A stretch of DNA of 62,142 nt, filler included, from Chiloscyllium plagiosum (GCF_004010195.1; 3 parts of one record of this genome joined end to end with filler, not necessarily neighbours in it); one strand, 5' to 3'; shown: positions 11,398-23,846, counted from the first letter of the whole stretch. Made by a program: numbers and translations. Notes: generated by a model from the letters alone, not told the origin.

Positions 11398-13509
11398 AAA
11401 CTGGACATGAAGCAACACAAAAATAAGTTTTCACAGCCTGCTGATATGGACATTAACGGGAGGTTTAATCTGTTTATTTTCATTTTGGGGAAGTAGTTGG
11501 TTTTTTTTATACAGACAGCAGCAAAAACTGAACAATGGAAATCTGAATAAAAATCAAGAGTGCTGGAAATGTACAGTAGGTCAGTGACCATCTCAGAAAG
11601 AAAGACTGATTGGTCACCGCTTCAGGTTCAGAGTCCTTTTGAATCAATTTTGATCATTCTGATAATGCATTTTTGCTGTTTTACCCATTCAGAATGGATA
11701 TTTCTTCCTCCTGACATTTCTTTAAATTGAATCAAACAGATTAATTTAAACATTTGTTCAATATCTCACATTGCTCAGGTTATTGTCTAGTGAACACCAT
11801 GCTCACCTGCTGTCAGTATTCTCTCTTGCTCTTCCCTCCCGCTAAGCTACAAAGTTCTTGAAAATACTTCACTACATTACAGATACTGTAAATGCAGATT
11901 GTTGCTGTTATGGCAATTGTATGATTAGCCAATTAGATACATGCTCATGTCGGGTAAGAATGAGAAAGGTCAAGAATTTTCTTCCTTTCTTGTTAAAGAG
12001 CACTCTGCATTGGAACCAAGAATCTGCTCAGAATGATTCAAATCGAGAACTCTGACTGACATAAATTGTGTTTTATTCCAAGAAACCTATGGCCAACTGT
12101 GTAATGGTAAGTTTCATGTCTTGTTATTGTCCATCACTTTGGATTCATAGAATAATACAAGCAAACAGTATCTTGATGCCTACTTGTATATCACTTATGT
12201 AAAAAAGAATTGACAGAATTGAGAGTTGCTGAATACAGAATCCATCCTACAAATGTGCACTACTCAACTGAATATGATTTGTGTAGCAGTGGGCTAAAAT
12301 TATGCAGATACCACTTAATCGATTTAGTTTTAGTTTGGATAGTGATCAACCAGGAGGGCACTTCCCTCTCTCAAATCCTAGCTCAACATTTTCAACTTTT
12401 GTTGGAAAAGTTTGAATGTAATTATGGACGAAAGCTTTTAAAATCACATGCATTTTGCAGATTCTTACTACACAGTCAAAATGTCTCAAATAGGTCATGC
12501 AGGTAACAACTGTTCAGTGATTTTAAAAGGGAAAACTGTTAGGAATTACTGGTAGACACAGTCTCAGTGTATATTACTATATCTTCTGTTTTTCTATGCT
12601 CCGAAATCTCCTGAGACCAGGTAAAAGTATTGATCAGCTCCAGAACATGTTCTGCTCTTTTGCACAGATGTTTACAAATGCATCTCATTTTCACATTTCA
12701 GTTAGGAGGTGCTTAGCTTTCTATGTTGAACCAGCAGAAAATAGGAATTAGCCCTGTCAGGACATGTCAGCCAAATATCACATCAAACAAAGTCACACTT
12801 TGAACTCCCGAACATCCAAAAGAATGAGGAGGCTCCTGAGGAATGAGCAGACTGTCATTATCCTCACCATCAGATGAAAGCCAGATTATTTCCATAAACA
12901 AATTTGCTGGTTCTGCCAAGGTAATTCTGGTATCGTTTAAGTGGTGTTTGTCTACTCTTCTTTACCTTGATGCCCCCACAATGGAATGCATTCTATTTTC
13001 ACTATGTCACTTAACACATCCAGAATTTCCGAACTGTGACTCATTCATTTTGTCTTCTGACATTTTCACTGCGCACCATCTCCCCATGAGTTTCTGTTGT
13101 GTTATTGCCTACCCTTTTTTATCTCAAGTCACAGCTGCATAAAAGGGAGACATTGGCAGTTGTGAAGTGTGACATAAATAAGATTCATCAGTGCTGGCAC
13201 CAGAATAAATGGTGCAGGTAAAGAGATTGTTGAACACAAATGTGTTTAATAGTCTGTGTCTACCACAGTAGCAGAATAAATTACTGCCCTGTGCATTCAA
13301 GCTTTAAAACCACAAAACACAGGCATTATTTACTGTCTTTAGGATTGAAATGCTGAACCAAGAGAATAAAGTTGCTTTAATTCAGTTGCATAACATAGCA
13401 GCATCCAGACTTACATATTCAGATCACCTGAAGCCCTTTCCCTTCCCATACAAAAATATTCTGCTTCACTCACTAATACTAAAGAAGTAGCGTGCAAAGC
13501 AACCTTTTG

Positions 13510-13840
13510 GGGTGGCATGGTTGCTCAGTGGTTAGCACTACTGCCTCACAGCACCAGGGACCAGTATCCGATTCTAGCCTTGGGTGACTGTCTGTGTGGA
13601 GTTTGCACATTCTCCTCTGTCTGCGTGAGTTTCCTCCAGCTGCTCCGGTTTCCTCCCACAGTCCAAAGATGAGCAGGTTAGGTGAATTTGCCATGCTAAA
13701 TTGCTCATAGTGTTCACAGGTGTGTAGGTTAGGTCCATTAGTCATCGGTAAATGTAGCAGAATGGGTCTGGGTGGGTTACTCTTCAGCAGGTCGGTGTGG
13801 GCTTGTTGGGCCTAATGGCCTGTTGGGATCCTATGATTCT
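13510..13840 (+). mobile_element. HE1 V-SINE, older variant
   Basis: tRNA head, V-domain and ctatgattct tail. Confidence 0.85.
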
Positions 13841-15357
13841 TTCCATAATTCTTTGAAATATTTAAAACCGCTGTAAGCAATGGGAGATTTACTTGACTAC
13901 ACACAAATAAAGAGAACCAAACGTAACTTGAAGCCTCTTTAAAGCAAACTGCTTCTGTTGAATCAACTTTCGGTACAGAAGAATGACATGCTGCTCCCAA
14001 GACAAGACCTCAGTCCCATTACACTACTGAGGCAGACAACCTTACCAGATTATTTACTGCCTGATGAAAAGTTTGGTGTGTAAATTTCACTGCTTTTTAT
14101 TTGTCACAAACAATACAAGAGTGAGTGTCAGCCAGCTTTATCCAAGTGACCAAGCAAAGAAACATTCTTAAATCCATATGGATACATTAAGGAATAGTAT
14201 GATGCAGCAATTATGCTCTGAGAGGCTCCATGCAACAATTTACTGGCCTTGTCTACATTACGAGAGGCAGCAAGTTGAGGTCAGCTGTGGCCCCAAAGTG
14301 AGAAAGAGAAGAGAAAGATGTTAATGAAATTGAAAGACTGGTCATATTGACAGAATCGGGTGACAAGAACAGTGAAGCCCTTTTCAACATGGAGATCAAT
14401 CAAATCAATCTTTCATGTTGTTCAGAAATAGAGTGGCAAGATTGACACGAGGCAGTGGAAAAATGCCAATTGACAGTCATTATTACTTGAAGTCTTGTTA
14501 ACACGGCAATCTCATTTAGATCCAGCTTTCCATCTTACCAAACTCACCAAACAAACTGGATGCCAAGGAATTGGAGAATTCAGCTTGCCGTTTGCTCTAA
14601 GTGACTTTGCACAGGCAATGACATCACAGGGCATGACCCATGGGCATCAGCCGAACCAGTTCCTTCTCCATGAACACTGGCAGGCGAAACCAACCAATGC
14701 CTCATAATCACCCTGACAGACGTGTGCTGGAAGCACAGACTTACATTGCACAGCACACCATCAACAAATATTCAAAGACTGCAGCATTTTAAGCACAGGG
14801 TCAGCCATCCTGCTCACAGGATGGACCAAGCTGCAGCTCAGGAATGCTAATTTGCACACTCAGTACTTATTCATTTAGAGCCTACTTGCATGCTCACAGC
14901 ATCCCAGCATTGCCTTGCCAATTAAAGCAGTCACTCAACCAAGCAGCTTGCATTGCTGAAAAATAGTCTTCGGTCAGGAGTGGGTGCACATTTGCTGTAT
15001 GGGTGTGTGCTGCATCAATCCTACATCTGTACCATGTGCATGTGGCGAATCCATTGGATGTGCAGCAAGTAGGTACTCATGACTTAGGGAAATAGCCCTC
15101 ACTGAAGTCCAGTGATGCAGTATTCAGTCAGGGGATCCCAGCACTGTAAGTCAAGGGCAGTCTCCCACAATAGTCAAGGTCAGGAGTCCAATCAAGATGG
15201 GGGGAGGAGTCTCAGTTAGAGTTAAAGTGTTGGCTTCATTGCATTAAACCGGAGGTATTGAGTTAATGCAGTTGGAGGGATTTATAGACACCAATCAGGC
15301 TACATACTGCTCAGGGCTGTCCAGTCATGTTGGTCAAGGGGGTGGACCAATGTAAAT

Positions 15358-16600
15358 TATAGTCATAGAGAGGTTCAGCACGGAAACAAGACTCTTTCGT
15401 CCAACTCATCCATGCTGACCAGATATCCTAACATAATCTAGTCCCATTTGTCAGTACTTGGACCATTTCTCTCTAAACCCTCCCTATTCATATACCCATC
15501 TGGATGCCTTTTAAATGTCATAACTGTACCAGCCACCACCACTTCCTCTGGTACCACATTCCATACACGTACCACCCTGTGTGAAAAAGTTGCCCTTTAG
15601 GCCCCTTTTATATCTTGCCCCTCTCACCCTAAACCTCTGCCCTCTAGTTTTTAGATTAGATAAGATTACTTACAGTGTGGAAACAGGCCCTTCAGCGCAA
15701 CAAGTCCACACCGACCCGCCGAAGCGCAACTCACCCAGACCCATTCCCCTACATTTACCCTTCACGTAACACTACGGGCAATTTAGCAAGGCCAATTCAC
15801 CTAACCTGCATATTTTTGGACTGTGGGAGGAAACCTACGCAGACATGGGAAGAATGTGCAAACTTCACACAGTCAGTCGCCTGAGGCGGGAATTGAGGCA
15901 GCGGTGCTAACCACTGTGCCACTGTGTTCTGGACTTCCCCAGTCCATGGAAAAGACCTGATCTATTTATCCTATCCATGCCCCTCATGATTTTATAAACC
16001 TCTATGACGTCACCCCTCAGCCACCAACACTCCAGGGAAAACAGCCCCAGCCTGTTCAACCTCTCCCTATATCTCATATCCTCCAACCCCTGGCACCATC
16101 CTTGTAAACCTTTTCGGAACCTTTTCAAGTTTCATTACATCGTTCTGATAGGAAGACGACTAGAATTGCACACAATATTCTAAAAGTGACTTAACCAATG
16201 TTCTATATAGCTGCAACATGACCTGTCAACTCCTATACTCAATGTTCTGACCAATAAAGGAAGGCATATAAAATGCCTTCTTCACTATTCTATCTACCTG
16301 CAACTCCACTTTAAGGAACTATGAACCTGCACTCCATGGTCTCTTTGTTCAGCAACACTCCCTAGGTCCTTACCATTAAGTCCTATTCTGATTTGCTTTT
16401 TGAAAGTGCAGAACCTCGCGTTTATCTAAATTAAACTCTATCTGCCATCCCTCAGCCCATTGGCCATTCTGACCAATATCTATTGTACTCTGAGGCAACC
16501 TTCTTCGCTGTCCATACATCTCCAATTTTGGTGCCATCTGTAAACTTACTAACTATACCTCCTATGTTTGCATCCAAATCATTTAAGTAAATGAAAGAAG
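15358..16600 (-). mobile_element. HER1/CR1 LINE 3' fragment with a nested HE1 SINE (15652-15925, minus)
   Basis: YRERLNRLGLFSLE...GDVIEVYKIMRGMDR. The SINE splits ccctctagtt|ttctggact. Confidence 0.88.
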
Positions 16601-18261
16601 TTGGGCTAGTCCAAAAAATCTAAAGTGGAAGGGGCCACAGCACTAAGCCACTTAGTTAGTTGTCAGAACTAGGGGCATCTGGCTTTGGACACAGAATAAT
16701 TGAGAGGGGTTGGGGGATGGAATGTCTGAGGGACCTGAAAGGAGGTGGATATGTTAAAAGTATTATTAGGAAGAGTGTAAAGGAGGGAATTCATCTTTGA
16801 CTTCAGGGGATGGCAGTGTATGACTGTACCACATCTGGTGTTCATATATGCCAGGGTCCAGATGTGAGGGCTGGGCAGTATAGGTGCATATAGTTTAGTT
16901 TGGTGTGCACATGGATAAGTGTGAAGTCTGTGAAGTTAACAGGATGTGATATTAGGAAGGAATGTGCATATCTGGGAGCTTACCAACATGGCTATTCTGT
17001 GTCCCATATGGAAACTGTGGAGGAAAACTGTGCGTTTCCATCTCCTTCTGGTTGTCTGCTGGCACTGCTCTATCTCCTCTTAAGGAGAAGCCACCTGGAC
17101 TGATGTCCAGGTTCCCTGCCCCTTGGTTTCATGCTTTCTGCCTTGGGCATCTATGCCTGGAGTGTTGGAGTACATGTGGAGCTCCATGGCAGCTTCCAAC
17201 TTGGCCATGGAAGCAGACAAATACTTGCACAATTTGTTGCACTTGAGCAGCTTCTAAGCAAAGAGCCCCTTTGCATCCCATTTGCCTGTCTGCCATTGCA
17301 ACTCCTCCCTGCGTGTTTGGATGCATTCCCTGATAGCTGACATCACACGGTCTTCTGCCTGGGGCTGAGCAGATGGTTGGTCTACAGCAGTCTTCTTAGT
17401 GCCAACAGCCTGCAGCATTTTTCTTTAGCCAACTGTGGAGATGTCACTCTGGGAGGTGCTCACCACATTGTGCAACTACATTCTTTATGTCTACAGTTCC
17501 AACTGAGGTGTTACATCTTGGCTAGTAGTGGGTACAGGAGGCAGATTTGCTCATGCTTCCTCCGAGTCCTCAGTACTCAGTACATGAGAGTAGTTCTTCT
17601 GCTACTGGTAGCTTCCCCATAGATGCTACAAGTGGGCTTGCAGAACCAACTAAAGAGAAAGAAAAAGCAGCTTCGCCAGTAATTGGGAGTGGCATGCATG
17701 ATTGAGAGTGACAACAGAGTTAATGGGAGAGTGGCGGTTACTCACTTGGTAGCAGGTGGATGTTTCTGCATTTCCACAAGAACAATGCCAGTCCTCTCCT
17801 GTGAAGATTAGAATTCTCTCCTTGTATGAGGTGAGGATATGGATGTCCTGACATCCATATAATGAGAAAACGTTGCAACCTTGTCAACCAAGACATACAG
17901 CTCCCCTTTGGAGAAACACGGTTTCCTTCCCTGGCATCTTGTGTGCATGTCCTTGATCAAGCAAGGCAGCTTCAGGATGCAAGAGCTGTCTGAGTGGCAT
18001 TGCAGCATTTTAAACATGTTGTGGATGACGGAGCTTTGGTTTTTTGTCAGATATCCGCTGAGTGGCAAGTTGCTCTGGGAGCATCGCATGGCAAGATGGG
18101 ACAGAAAGCAGACATGAGACATACCATGTGGCGTGGTAGGTAATGAGCGAGGCAAGTTTGGTAAGATAGGACAAGAAAATACCCTAGACATCACATTGAG
18201 AAATTCTCCAAAAATGTTTGATGCAACTTTTGACTTAGCAAAAGAGCATAAGATTCAGCTC
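16600..18261 (-). mobile_element. Possible decayed PIF/Harbinger-type element (Myb/SANT-like ORF relic)
   Basis: Minus-strand GRKPCFSKGELYVLVDKV (about 17875-17935) resembles the start of the Myb/SANT domain of Harbinger ORF2/NAIF1. A donor-like GTGAGT lies near 17745 and a possible terminus gagctgaatctta at 18249-18261. No matching second TIR was confirmed. Confidence 0.3.
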
Positions 18262-18279
18262 ATAAATTCTTGAAAGTAT

Positions 18280-18890
18280 GAATATAAGTTGATAAAGCCA
18301 TAGGATTTATAAATAGCGGGTTAAATCGAATAGTATAGATACAATGATGAATTTATAAAAAATATTGGCCAAGCCATAGTATACTATGAAATTATTATAA
18401 CACAAAGAACATTCAGGTTTTGGAGATCACAGAGTGAAGAACGATCAGGATAATAGCAGTGATGAAGACAGCCTCAAGATATCTCAGAGTAGAGTATTTT
18501 GATCAGAGCAGAGAAGGGCAAGGAAATTTAATTAAAGATTTTAAGAATTATGAAGGGTCAAAAGTGAATAGAATATATTGTCTCAGGTTGGAGATTCAGT
18601 GACAAGGAATTATCAATTTAAAACAATGACTAAGGTAGTGAGGAAAGGCACGAGAGAATGCTTTTGCCTGTAACATGTTACTGCATCATGGAATGTATTT
18701 CCACAGAGAATAATTGAAACAGAGACATCTGCATCTTTAAAGAAAAATGTTGATACATACTTGAAAAAAGGAAGAAACAGGCTATGGAAAGGAGCAGTGG
18801 GACTACTTTTGAATTGCTCTTGTAAAGAGCTGGCAAAGACATAATGAGTCTAATGGCCTTCATCTGCACTGTAAAACTCTATGTTCCTGA
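18280..18890 (+). mobile_element. Very old CR1 3' fragment
   Basis: Decayed LYKxLxRPxLEY and FKIMKG segments; tail ggccttcatctgcactgtaaaactctatg. Confidence 0.55.
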
Positions 18891-19257
18891 ATGTTAATGT
18901 TGAACTTTTGATTACTCAATCAAAGAAAGAACTGAGCCGGCTTGCTTAAAATCCTTTAGGTACATTCACAACAGTGGCTGTCCAAATAACGTGTACATAA
19001 ATCATTTCAAATCATTTTCCATTCACTTTATGAATGTCCTTTCAGCAATTCATTGAGTTTTAATTGAAGCTGAAATGTTGCTGACTTTTGAGATAGAGCA
19101 AGCAGTTAGGAGGACAAATAGACTTCATTGTTGGCACATTTCCCTGTTACCTTGGTGAAATTTGCTCAAATTCAGACACACAACCACGATTAACAGCATA
19201 TATTTTACGTGTTTTTACTGGAAAGTGAGTGAAAAGTGTAGCTGGGTTTGTACAAAC

Positions 19258-19397
19258 CTGCTTCTAGGCGCAGAACCCCTCTGGCATCAAGTATCTTGCA
19301 GGCCTCCAATGAACACTGAACCATAGCTTCTTTCTTTTTGCCGGTGTGTGTCACTTCTGCAACAAGTTCTCTTCCGAGAGCATCATTTACTGGGAGC
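19258..19397 (-). CDS. SLC4A1AP: Kanadaptin (SLC4A1 adaptor protein) internal coding exon, dsRNA-binding-like region
   Basis: 140-nt exon flanked by tcattattAG and GTttgt. Translates (x)[46 protein letters not shown], matching the recalled human LPVDDSTGKQLVAEAIHSGKKKEAMIQCSLEACRILDTLGLLRQEA. Its terminal G joins TT of the next exon to give Val. Confidence 0.95.
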
Positions 19398-19799
19398 CTA
19401 ATAATGAGGAAGGCAGTTATCTACAAGTACCTCACGAGAACCCGCAAAAATTGCAATTAAGGACTTATGAAATTAAAAGAATATATTCATAAAGTAGCAC
19501 GAAATTCTAATAAATCTGAACGCCTGAATGGACCATGCAGTTTCTGAATTCCCAGCACAACAAATTAATTGTCACTCTGGCATTGATCTCAACAACTAGA
19601 AGAGCTATAAAAAAATCAGGAATTTGGCTTAAAAAAAAATGAAGTTACTTGCACTTGAAGCATTGTCCGATGTGCAAAATCACAGTCATCCAGTTTAAGA
19701 AAGCCGTAGGGTTATGCAATGCTTGATAAATAAATGAATCATAACTGAGCAAGAAGATTTTGATGCCAATCCTTGTTCAACGCAGACGTTTATGGCTAA

Positions 19800-20235
19800 A
19801 TTAGGGGATTCTATAATTAGGGGGACAGATAGTATCCTTTGCAAGCCGGATCGGGAGTCTCGCATGGTGTGTTGCCTGCCCGGTGCCAGGGTGCGAGACA
19901 TCTCCGACCGGCTTGAAAGGATATTGGAGCGGGAGGGGGAGGATCCAGTTGTTGTGGTCCACGTTGGTACCAACAACATAGGCAAGACTAGGGTGGAGGA
20001 CCTGTTTGGGCATTACGAAGCACTAGGCAGGAAATTGAAGCACAGGTCCTCAAGGGTCATAATCTCCGGATTACTGCCCGAGCCACGTGCCAATTGGCAT
20101 AGGGACAAGAAAATTAGGCAAATAAACACGTGGCTAAGGGATTGGTGTGGGAAAGAGGGATTCCACTTCATGAGGCATTGGCATCAGTTTTGGAACAGGG
20201 GGGATCTGTACCATTGGGACGGTCTCCACCTGAAC
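19800..20235 (+). mobile_element. CR1 LINE ORF1 SGNH/GDSL esterase domain, runs into a gap
   Basis: Open frame with GDSIIRG (block I), VHVGTNN (block III) and DGLHLN (block V). Confidence 0.9.
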
Positions 20236-20335
20236 NNNNNNNNNNNNNNNNNNNNNNNNNNNNNNNNNNNNNNNNNNNNTTAATTAATTAANNNNNNNNN
20301 NNNNNNNNNNNNNNNNNNNNNNNNNNNNNNNNNNN
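20236..20335. other. Assembly gap with artificial linker
   Basis: N44-TTAATTAATTAA-N44, exactly 100 bp; identical construct at 51230-51329. Confidence 0.95.
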
Positions 20336-20527
20336 CTGGAAGAGCACAGCAATTCAGGCAGCATCCGAGGACAGGCAAAATCGACGTTTCGGGCAAAAGC
20401 CCTTCATGGGCTTTTGCCCGAAACGTCGATTTTGCCTGTCCTCGGATGCTGCCTGAATTGCTGTGCTCTTCCAGCACCACTGATCCAGAATCTGGTTTCC
20501 AGCATCTGCAGTCATTGTTTTTACCTG
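20336..20527. mobile_element. Penelope-like terminal module as a perfect inverted repeat
   Basis: 67-bp arms at 20336-20402 and 20408-20474 around the spacer ttcat. Each arm has hammerhead stem II gggcttttgccc plus GAAACGTC. Confidence 0.8.
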
Positions 20528-21813
20528 TCTGCCACAATGCTGGTCCCTAAACTATTAAGGTGCAAACCCTTTCACTTATATAATTTATGCTTACACAAAA
20601 CATGCCCCAGTGATCCAAGAATTTAAATCCTTGCTTCTTGCACCAGTTCCCCAGCCACATGTTCAAGTCCATTATCTCCCTGTTTCTGGCCTCACCAGCC
20701 CGAGGAACTGGAAGCAAACCGGAGATAACCACCCTGGACGTCCTGCTTTTCAGCCTTCTTCCTAGTTCTCCGAAGTCCCGCTGTAGTATGTTCCTCCTCT
20801 TCTTCCCGACATCATTTGTGCCGACATGTACCATCACCTCTGGCTCTTCACCTTCGTCCTTGAGGATTTCCTGCACACTATCTGTGATGTCTTTAACTCT
20901 GGCACCAGGAAGGCAACACACCATCCTTAAGTCCCGCCTGCTGCCACAAAAACCCCGGTCAGTTCCTCTCACTATGGAGTCCCCTATTACCACGGCTCTG
21001 TGCGATGTCCGACTCTTCCGCTCTGCCTCCACGCCAATCTTTGATTGACAGACCTGGTCGCCTCGTGGACTGGCAGTGTCATCTGTCCCTACTGTTTCCA
21101 AAAGATTCAACTTGTTCCTGACAGGTACTTCCCCTGGCGTCTCTTGCACCTGTCTCCTCTCTGCCTTCCTCATCGTCTGCTCTCTTCTGGTATGGTCGGT
21201 GTAATAACCCCTCTGAAGGTCTTGTCCAGAAAAATCTCGTTCTCTCGGATAAGCCTAAGGTCCTCGAGTTCTTTCATCAGCGCTGCAATATGCTCTGTCA
21301 GTAGCTGAACGTGCACACACTTTCCACACTTATATGAGCCAGACACAGCAGAGTCGTTGACCTCCCACATCAAGCACGTAGCACACTGAACCAACTTGGC
21401 AGTCATGTCTTCACCCTCTTCAACTGTGGCGTAATCACTTCATTCAACCTCCTTGTCAAAGACTCCTGAGCTAAAGCCTCACTCTTCAATCCACAGGAAC
21501 TCCCTTGGACCCTCTTTTTGGGCTGAAAATGTGTTGCTGGAAAAGTGCAGCAGGTCAGGCAGCATCCAGGGAACAGGAGAATCGACGTTTCGGGCATAAG
21601 CCCTTCTTCAGCATCTGCAGACCTCATTTTCCCCTCTTTTTGGGGCAAGTCTGTGGACTTTTAATTTAGGTTAGAGGAGGAGGGAGGGAGGGAGGCCCTA
21701 CTTTGTAGGACCTGGGGTCTAGAACACACCCACTCAAATAACAATCACTTGCCTTCCCAATCGGCTTTGCGCTCCGACTTTACTTCCACCCAGCTCCCGC
21801 CGCTCTCTGCTGC
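20528..21813 (-). mobile_element. CR1 LINE 5' UTR plus ORF1 (CxxC..CxxC zinc finger, coiled coil, esterase), one frameshift
   Basis: ORF 21170-21406 MTAKLVQCATCLMWE...CGKC...LMKELEDLRLIRE; ORF 20547-21173 with GDSIVRG and VHVGTND. Confidence 0.9.
21523..21631 (-). mobile_element. Hammerhead-bearing PLE mini-insertion in the CR1 5' UTR
   Basis: 13-bp TSD ccctctttttggg (21510-21522 and 21632-21644). Minus-strand core CTGAAGA-agggcttatgccc-GAAACGTC at 21584-21611, plus a short inverted piece. Confidence 0.8.
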
Positions 21814-22448
21814 GAAAAGTATTGGAATCGCTACTTTCCCATGCACTTTGAGCAACTGTGTGCTTCCTACTACTAAATGTTGTCACAATCATGACAAGTC
21901 TCTGCACGATCACTCAGACCATCCGCAGAATCCCCAAAAAAGAAGCCTCACAACTGCCATTACTAAAATACAGCTTATGGAACCGCAAATGAACGTCCGA
22001 AGGCTTCGTCGCAGAATTAAATTTGAAGGAGTATCTTAAAGGAGGTGAGAGGGTGTTAGAGAGAGTTAGGAAGCGAACTCCTGGATCCAGACAACCGAAG
22101 GTGAAAGAAGTCGAGGATTCACAAGAGGTCAGAGTTAAAGCAATATGGGGACAGTCACAGGACTGGATGAGATTTCAGAAATTGGGAAAGGTGCTGAGGT
22201 AAAAGGAATTTGAGAAACATTGCTTTGAGCTCTTATGATCTTCCTCACCAGAACTATCAAAATCCCTCCATCTTGTTATTGCTCTCTCTTGCTTAATGAT
22301 TGCCCTTAGCTTTGATCTCTCTTTATGAAAGACAACACCAAAACAAGCAGGCAAAACTAAACCAGAACACCAAACTGAATAACCCAAATCCATCCCCTTA
22401 CATATAAATATCTTTGATATTTTCACTGTATTGATCGTTTTATTTATC

Positions 22449-23298
22449 TGTCAGAAAAATTCAGCCCAATGGATCAGAGACAACAAACGAGGTTTGTGGT
22501 GAAATTGATAAGCGGTTTATTACGCAGTGATATCGTGGAAGAGAAATTAACCAGGCTGACACAGAATTGATTCTTTGCACGGATGGCCAGAATGCCCTTC
22601 CCAGAACAGAAGGTGCAGGCATGCTTTATAGGGGTTCAACACAAAGGTGATAATCGTAAAGCTGTTACAGTACAATGGTGAAAATTGTAAAGCGGTTGAA
22701 ACAAGAATAAACTGAATAGAAGTTAATCAAGCGTCCAGCAGTAGCAATTCATTTGGAATTGTCACAGGAGATTCCAGCCATCTCTGTCAGTGGGTGAGAA
22801 TGTCTTCTAGAGGATTCTTCATTGTATTTATGTGCAAATGTATGTAAATTTCCCTTCTCCTGGCATTCAGGTGTGTGTCTGTTGTGTTCCTCCAGCGAGC
22901 GAAGTCTTCCGGGGTCTCTCAGTCTGCCTCTTTGTTTATGTGTTATTGGTTTCAATGGAAAATGAGCCTGCCCTGAGGGTATTGGGACCGCAATGCTAAT
23001 CAGGGTTGGGAGCTTTACTGTGAAGGTTGTTTGGGAAGTGTATTCTCTGGTTTGGAAATAACGTGGCCACGTCTGGTTTCTTTGTTAGCCTGTTTGGCCA
23101 AAACTGAAGTTAAAAATCACACAACACCAGGTTATAGTACAACAGGTTTAATTGGAAGCACACTAGCTTTGTTCCCTTCATCAGTCTGCCACTGGAATGA
23201 ATCTCGCCAGTCTTCGGTGCCATCTCACCTCCACCAATGCCCTTGCCATGTGAATCCTGGAGGACTCTGGAGATGCCACTGATGCTGTTGGGTACCAC
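22449..23298 (-). mobile_element. Possible solo LTR containing a PLE terminal fragment (23108-23184)
   Basis: TG...CA ends, minus-strand TATAAA (about 22625) upstream of AATAAA (about 22516), but no TSD found. The inner fragment reads CTGATGA-agggaac-AAAGCTA on the minus strand, a hammerhead with stem II deleted. Confidence 0.35.
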
Positions 23299-23846
23299 AG
23301 TGGCCTGCGTGGTGTTTAAAATTTGATTTGACCCAGATAAAATCCTTGCATCATTAATATATTAAGTTAGATAGGTAGGCAGGTCTGTTTCAAATATTTA
23401 TCCAAACTGCTCAGCAATCTGCCTATATGTGGCTTTACAACTCATCGTGTTCTCATCATTTGATATGTCCAACTAACAGTGCAGATGTGCTCAGCACAGG
23501 ATCGGGTGTGTAGCACAGTTAATGTTAGCAAGATTTACACAATCTAACGATGAGCTTCATTGTAAACGCTGAGACAAAATTGCCAAAAACCGTAAAAAGA
23601 GACGGCTTGCCTGGATAAAGTGAACAATCCAAAATGAATCTATGGTTTTCTTTTACTGAATAGTTAACACCATAAGAATGGGAAAACTGAATTGCCTACT
23701 CACGACCTCTATCACTAAGAAGGACAAGGCCAGCAAGCAGATGGGAGTATCACCATCTGGAAGTTTCTCTCCATAATATTCTTGGTATTGTTTGATGAAT
23801 ACAGAATATTAACAGATACCACTGAGGTAAGGATAATACTAACATG

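Noticed and set aside
20280..20291. TTAATTAATTAA as a biological motif
   Set aside because: It is centred in an exact 100-bp N spacer and repeated identically at 51274-51285, so it is an assembly linker.
22175..22426. FDSSGEED peptide as a kanadaptin FDREGEE exon
   Set aside because: The flanking residues do not match and there are no suitable splice sites.
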